DNA of 64,000 nucleotides from Azolla caroliniana (lineage: Eukaryota; Plantae; Polypodiophyta): the NCBI GenBank assembly GCA_043228905.1, contig JBHGNT010000017.1, positions 8,928,001 through 8,992,000 of the forward strand, in the 5' to 3' direction. The notes below the pieces were generated by a model, which saw only the letters and a list, made by a program, of their open reading frames with translations, was not told the origin of the DNA and did no database searches. The translations under genes were made by a program, and so were the position numbers. The stretch's first letter is position 1. Every line of letters begins with the position of its first letter. Shown piece by piece: positions 59,829-64,000 of this stretch.

Positions 59829-62800
59829 CGGTGGGTACTCGCATGAGCAGAAAGGGTATAAGTGTTATAACCCCCGGACTAAACAAGCACGAGTAAGTCG
59901 AGATGTCGAGTTTGATGAGCCGGCATCATGGTACTCCCTACCGACTCCAATTCTCGACGAAGACCCGATTCCGGGAGATGAGGCTAGTGAGCCCAAGGAG
60001 GTCTAGGAAGAAGATGAAGACTTTGACACTCTAAAAGAGAGTCCGATCTCATTCCAGCTAAGTGAGCCAAATGAGCAGCTGGGTCGGGATGACCAGTCGG
60101 ATGAAGAACTAGCGAGTAGTGGAGACACTGCGGTGCTCTCCCCGCACAAGGAACCGAGGAGACGGTTCACGCGCAAAGAGAAGGGAAAGAAGAAGATGCT
60201 AGAATACAATACTAGTAGTGAAGGGTTGGATCAGAGTGAATCTGACCCCGGAAAGGGAGAAGGCAGATCTTTAGAAAGGATGTCTGAACCAGCCAAGAAG
60301 GGCCTCAAACTGGCTAACAAAAAGTTACGCCGATCAACCTGTCAAAAGAAAACCATCATGAGGTACGGGTACAATGAGTATATGGCGCATCACTATGCGT
60401 ACATGACTAAGGTGGCGGAAGTTCGTAAGCCGGAGAGCTAGATAGAAGCAGTGAAAGATGCAAATTGGCATGTTGCTATGGAGGAAGAAATGCAGGTACT
60501 AGATGTGAACAACACATGGGACCTAGTTGACCCACCCCGACAGTGCAAACCAATCGGTTGCAAGTCGGTGTACAAGGTAAAGTACAATGCCAATGGTTCG
60601 GTCAACCGGTACAAGGCCCGGTTAGTGGCGAAGGGATACGCACAGACCCATGGAATCGACTACGACGAGACCTTCGCTCTGGTAGCGAAGATGACGACGG
60701 TTCGTGTGGTACTGGCAGTTGTTGCAGCAAGGGGATGGTATCCTCACCAAATGAATGTGAAGAATGCAGTTTTTCAAGGTGATCTTGAAATGGGTGTATA
60801 TGATCCAACCCCCCGGTTTCGAATCGGAGATGAACAAGTCGGCAGTCTGCTGACTCAAGAAGTCATTTTACGGTCTGAAACAAGCCCTCGGAGGTTGGAA
60901 TGCGAAGATCATGCACTGATTGCGTAAGATGGGTTTTGTGTCCTCTAAATCTGACTCTTCATTGCTCATTTGGAACGGTCCGGACGGTCCGGTTTCCATC
61001 TTGCTTTATGTAGATGATTTAGTCATCACCGGACCCGAACTTGATGAAGTCGGCAAAGTGGAGTCCAGTTGTCAGACGCATTTGAAATGAAGGACCTGGG
61101 GGACCTTCATTATTTTCTTCGGATCGAGGTGATCCGGACCCCCAATGGCATATTGCTCTCACAACACCATTATGTGTTGAATATGTTGTACAAGTTCTGC
61201 ATGACGGAATGCTGATCAATCTCTACACCCCTAGACCGGAACCTGAAGCTACGTCCCGACTCTGGCCCGGCCTGCGATGAGAAACTGTTCCGAAAAATTG
61301 TCGGAAGCCTCATATACTTGACAATCACTCGACCTAACATTAGTTACCCCGTCAAAGTATTCAGCCAGTTCATGCAAATGCCGACCGTCGAGCAACTTTA
61401 ATGCATACATCGGATACTCCGGTATGTTAGCGACACGAAGGACCGAGGACTATTATACCAACACGATATAGCTGGGAAGCTAGTCGGCTATACCAATGCC
61501 GACTGGGCTGGTGATGCATCGGATTGTCGATCCACCTCCGGTTATATGTTTTCTCTTGGTAGCACGATTGTTGCGTGGAGCAGCCAACAGTGGCTCTGTC
61601 GTGCACTGAGGCTGAATATTGGGGCGCTACCATTGCCACCTATGAAACCATCTGGCTTCGGCGACTGTTGCAAGACCTCCAGATCGAGGTGCCGACCCCA
61701 ATCCTGATCTACTGCGACAACTTAAGCAGCATACAGCTCGCCAAGAATCCCGTATTTCATGCTCAGACAAAGCACATAGAAGTGCATTATTACTTTGTTC
61801 GTGAGCGGATCTTGAGTGGTGAGGTTGAACTTCGTTACGTTTGCACAAATTGGCAGGTTGCCGACATCTTCACCAATTTGCTTGGATCGGACAAGTTGCT
61901 CGGCATTCAACATCTCGACGTGTCGCACTTGAGGGAGAGGATAGGAACAAGAACGGGAACAGATGGCATCGGACAAGGAGCCGGAGAGGAAGAAAGAATC
62001 AAGGGGGGAGATAAGCAGAAAAAGGAAGCTGGGTCGACCGAACGAGTTGGCACATCTGAACAAGTCGGAGCAAGCAGCAACGACGGCAGAGTCAAGAAGG
62101 ATAGAGCCAACTGGAAGAAGGCCAAGACCCCGACATGGTCCGATGTGGTGAAGGGCCTAAAAACGGAAGACGAGTTGCAGACTACCAACCTGGACAAGAA
62201 CTGGAACAAATCAAAGACACCCGATTCGATTCAATAGATGGATTCGGAAGAGCCGGATCAACTAAAGGTCATGTGGACTAAGAGGCCGCGGAAGTCAACA
62301 CCAACACGAAGGAACTGACAGACCGACAAGCACCGGAGTCAGGGTAGCGAAGGAGCTGACATGGGCTTGCTGAGTAGACAAGCCAACCAAGGAGGTCGAG
62401 GTGTGTGGAACTGGATGGATCGTAGGAAGTGGAACCGGACCGGACAAGGTGCGCGAGCAAGGCGAGCGAGCGAGAGGAGTCTGAGAGGAGAACCGGCTAC
62501 TGCCGAAACTGACACCACGATCTGACCTCAAATTAAGCTTGAGGGGGGGTGTTGAGCGAGCATGCTCAACCAGATCTGGATCGGCTGAATAAGCCAGAGC
62601 CGGATCAGTAACCGGAACAGAGAGCCGGATCGGAGAACTCGATCGATGTCCAGATGATATCCGGAACTAGGAGCCGTATCGGAGACCCAGATCGGATTGA
62701 AACCGGTAGGCCGTTAGAGGCCTACAGATCCAACCTAGTATGTAGGCATATTTTTGGGAGTCAGTGATAGTCTCTGATGTGAGCATTGAAGTACATGTCA

Positions 62801-63031
62801 GTACTTCTGTCAGTCCTTTATGGACTGGTATAAAAGTGCTCTCTAAGCACATTCTAGGTATAGAATATTGAGAGTATTTTTTGAATAGAGTTTACATTCT
62901 CCCTCCCTCCCTCTCTCTCTCTCTCTCTCCTATGTACGCGTACTCTCTCTGTGTATTAACCTTTCTTCTCATCCTCTGTTACTATCCGGCTGAGCTGATT
63001 TGTCAAACGGTTCCGCACGTTTACTTTCACA
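59829..63031 (+). mobile_element. Ty1/copia C7 (C1 family), 3' half: IN C-terminus, RT, RH, PPT and 3' LTR 62550-63031
   Basis: GYSHEQKGYKCYNP, YKARLVAKGYAQ, LYVDD, YCDNLSSIQLAKNPVFH; PPT GAGGGGGGG. Confidence 0.92.
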
Positions 63032-64000
63032 ACCCCGAGGGTACGGTAGAATCCACGTTCACAAAGGAAAGCAGAATCCGGCAGGAAGCCCTATTGCCAC
63101 CGAATAAAACTAGTGTTACAAAGTCTCACAAACAGCCCCATCCCTATAGCAACAACAGCCCCGTCGCAACCAACATGGCTTTCTCGTATCCCCATTTCAA
63201 TGGCGAAACCAACGTTGAGAGCCACATTTGGTCATTCCTCAACGTTTGGAATGGTAATCACATGGCACAATGACTTCTGGAAATGGAAGTGCACACATAG
63301 AAGATTGCAGAGTTCGGAATAACCTTAGATGGTCGCGTTGCCCGTTTGTATTCCCAGCTCAATATCACGTCATTTGCGACGTTCGACCAGCTTCACTCGT
63401 CATTTTTGCGATTCTTCCATCGAAGTGTCCCTCAGCGCGAGTTTATCGGCCATTTTTATACCATCAAGCAGTCTCCAAAGGAATCCATGGTGGATTTCAG
63501 ACTGTGATTTCAGAGCCTACGACGACAGCTCACACGCATTCCATCGGAGGATGAGGCTAATGACACATTTTTGGCAGCGATACGACGACCTCTCAGGACT
63601 ACGCTGACAACGCAAGGTATGCAGGGAGAAACAATGGATATGGTTATCGAGCAGGTGTTACAGCTTGAATTAGAAGATGAGGATGAAGGACTATCCATGG
63701 CATCGTCCGACAAGCATTGCCCCAGGATGAGGAGTATCAATTCCGCCAGGAAATTCAATGCACAATCTGCCTGAACTCAGGGCACTCGGCGGTGGATTGT
63801 AACATATGGATACATTGCCCCATCTACCATTCACAGGCACATACGGTGGACCAGTGTGAATATAACACCCTGAACAAGCCCACGCCGATAGTTCGTCATA
63901 TGGAACCACAGCGGCAGCACCGCTATGATGACCAAGGAAGGTAGGAGGATTGTTACCAAATGCAGAACGAAACCAGCATACAAAAAAGCTGTACCATCAC
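63032..64000 (+). pseudogene. gag: Gag of a G3-lineage gypsy element (possibly the continuation of G7), running off the right edge
   Basis: MAFSYPHFNGETNVESHIWSFLNVW and FRQEIQCTICLNSGHSAVDC...HTVDQCEYN match the G3 and G5 gags. Confidence 0.85.

Overview
This is eukaryotic, almost certainly land-plant, repeat-dense DNA. The LTR-retrotransposon lineages suggest a non-seed plant (fern, lycophyte or bryophyte), which is an inference. I find no host gene, rRNA, intact tRNA or CRISPR array. About 85-90% of the window (visual estimate) is a nest of roughly 17 LTR retrotransposons or fragments (Ty3/gypsy and Ty1/copia), plus a decayed LINE endonuclease and one AT-rich unassigned stretch (~23.3-26.8 kb). 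Most ORFs are broken by stops or deletions. Main observations: (1) two Ty3/gypsy elements lack a polypurine tract and instead carry a sense copy of a tRNA-Arg 3' end, including CCA, exactly 2 nt before the 3' LTR, suggesting tRNA-primed plus-strand synthesis; (2) two different gypsy lineages carry an antisense tRNA-like A-box/B-box cassette inside their LTRs; (3) a very young non-autonomous gag-only element has identical 702-bp LTRs and an intact ~690-aa Gag with acidic, basic and Trp-rich extensions, close to its likely autonomous partner family; (4) this tRNA-Trp-primed lineage inserts at CG-centred 4-bp sites; (5) one member has a candidate -1 frameshift signal between protease and RT; (6) a chromovirus-type element has a Tf1-like self-priming PBS. 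tRNA assignments come from recalled sequences and need a database check.
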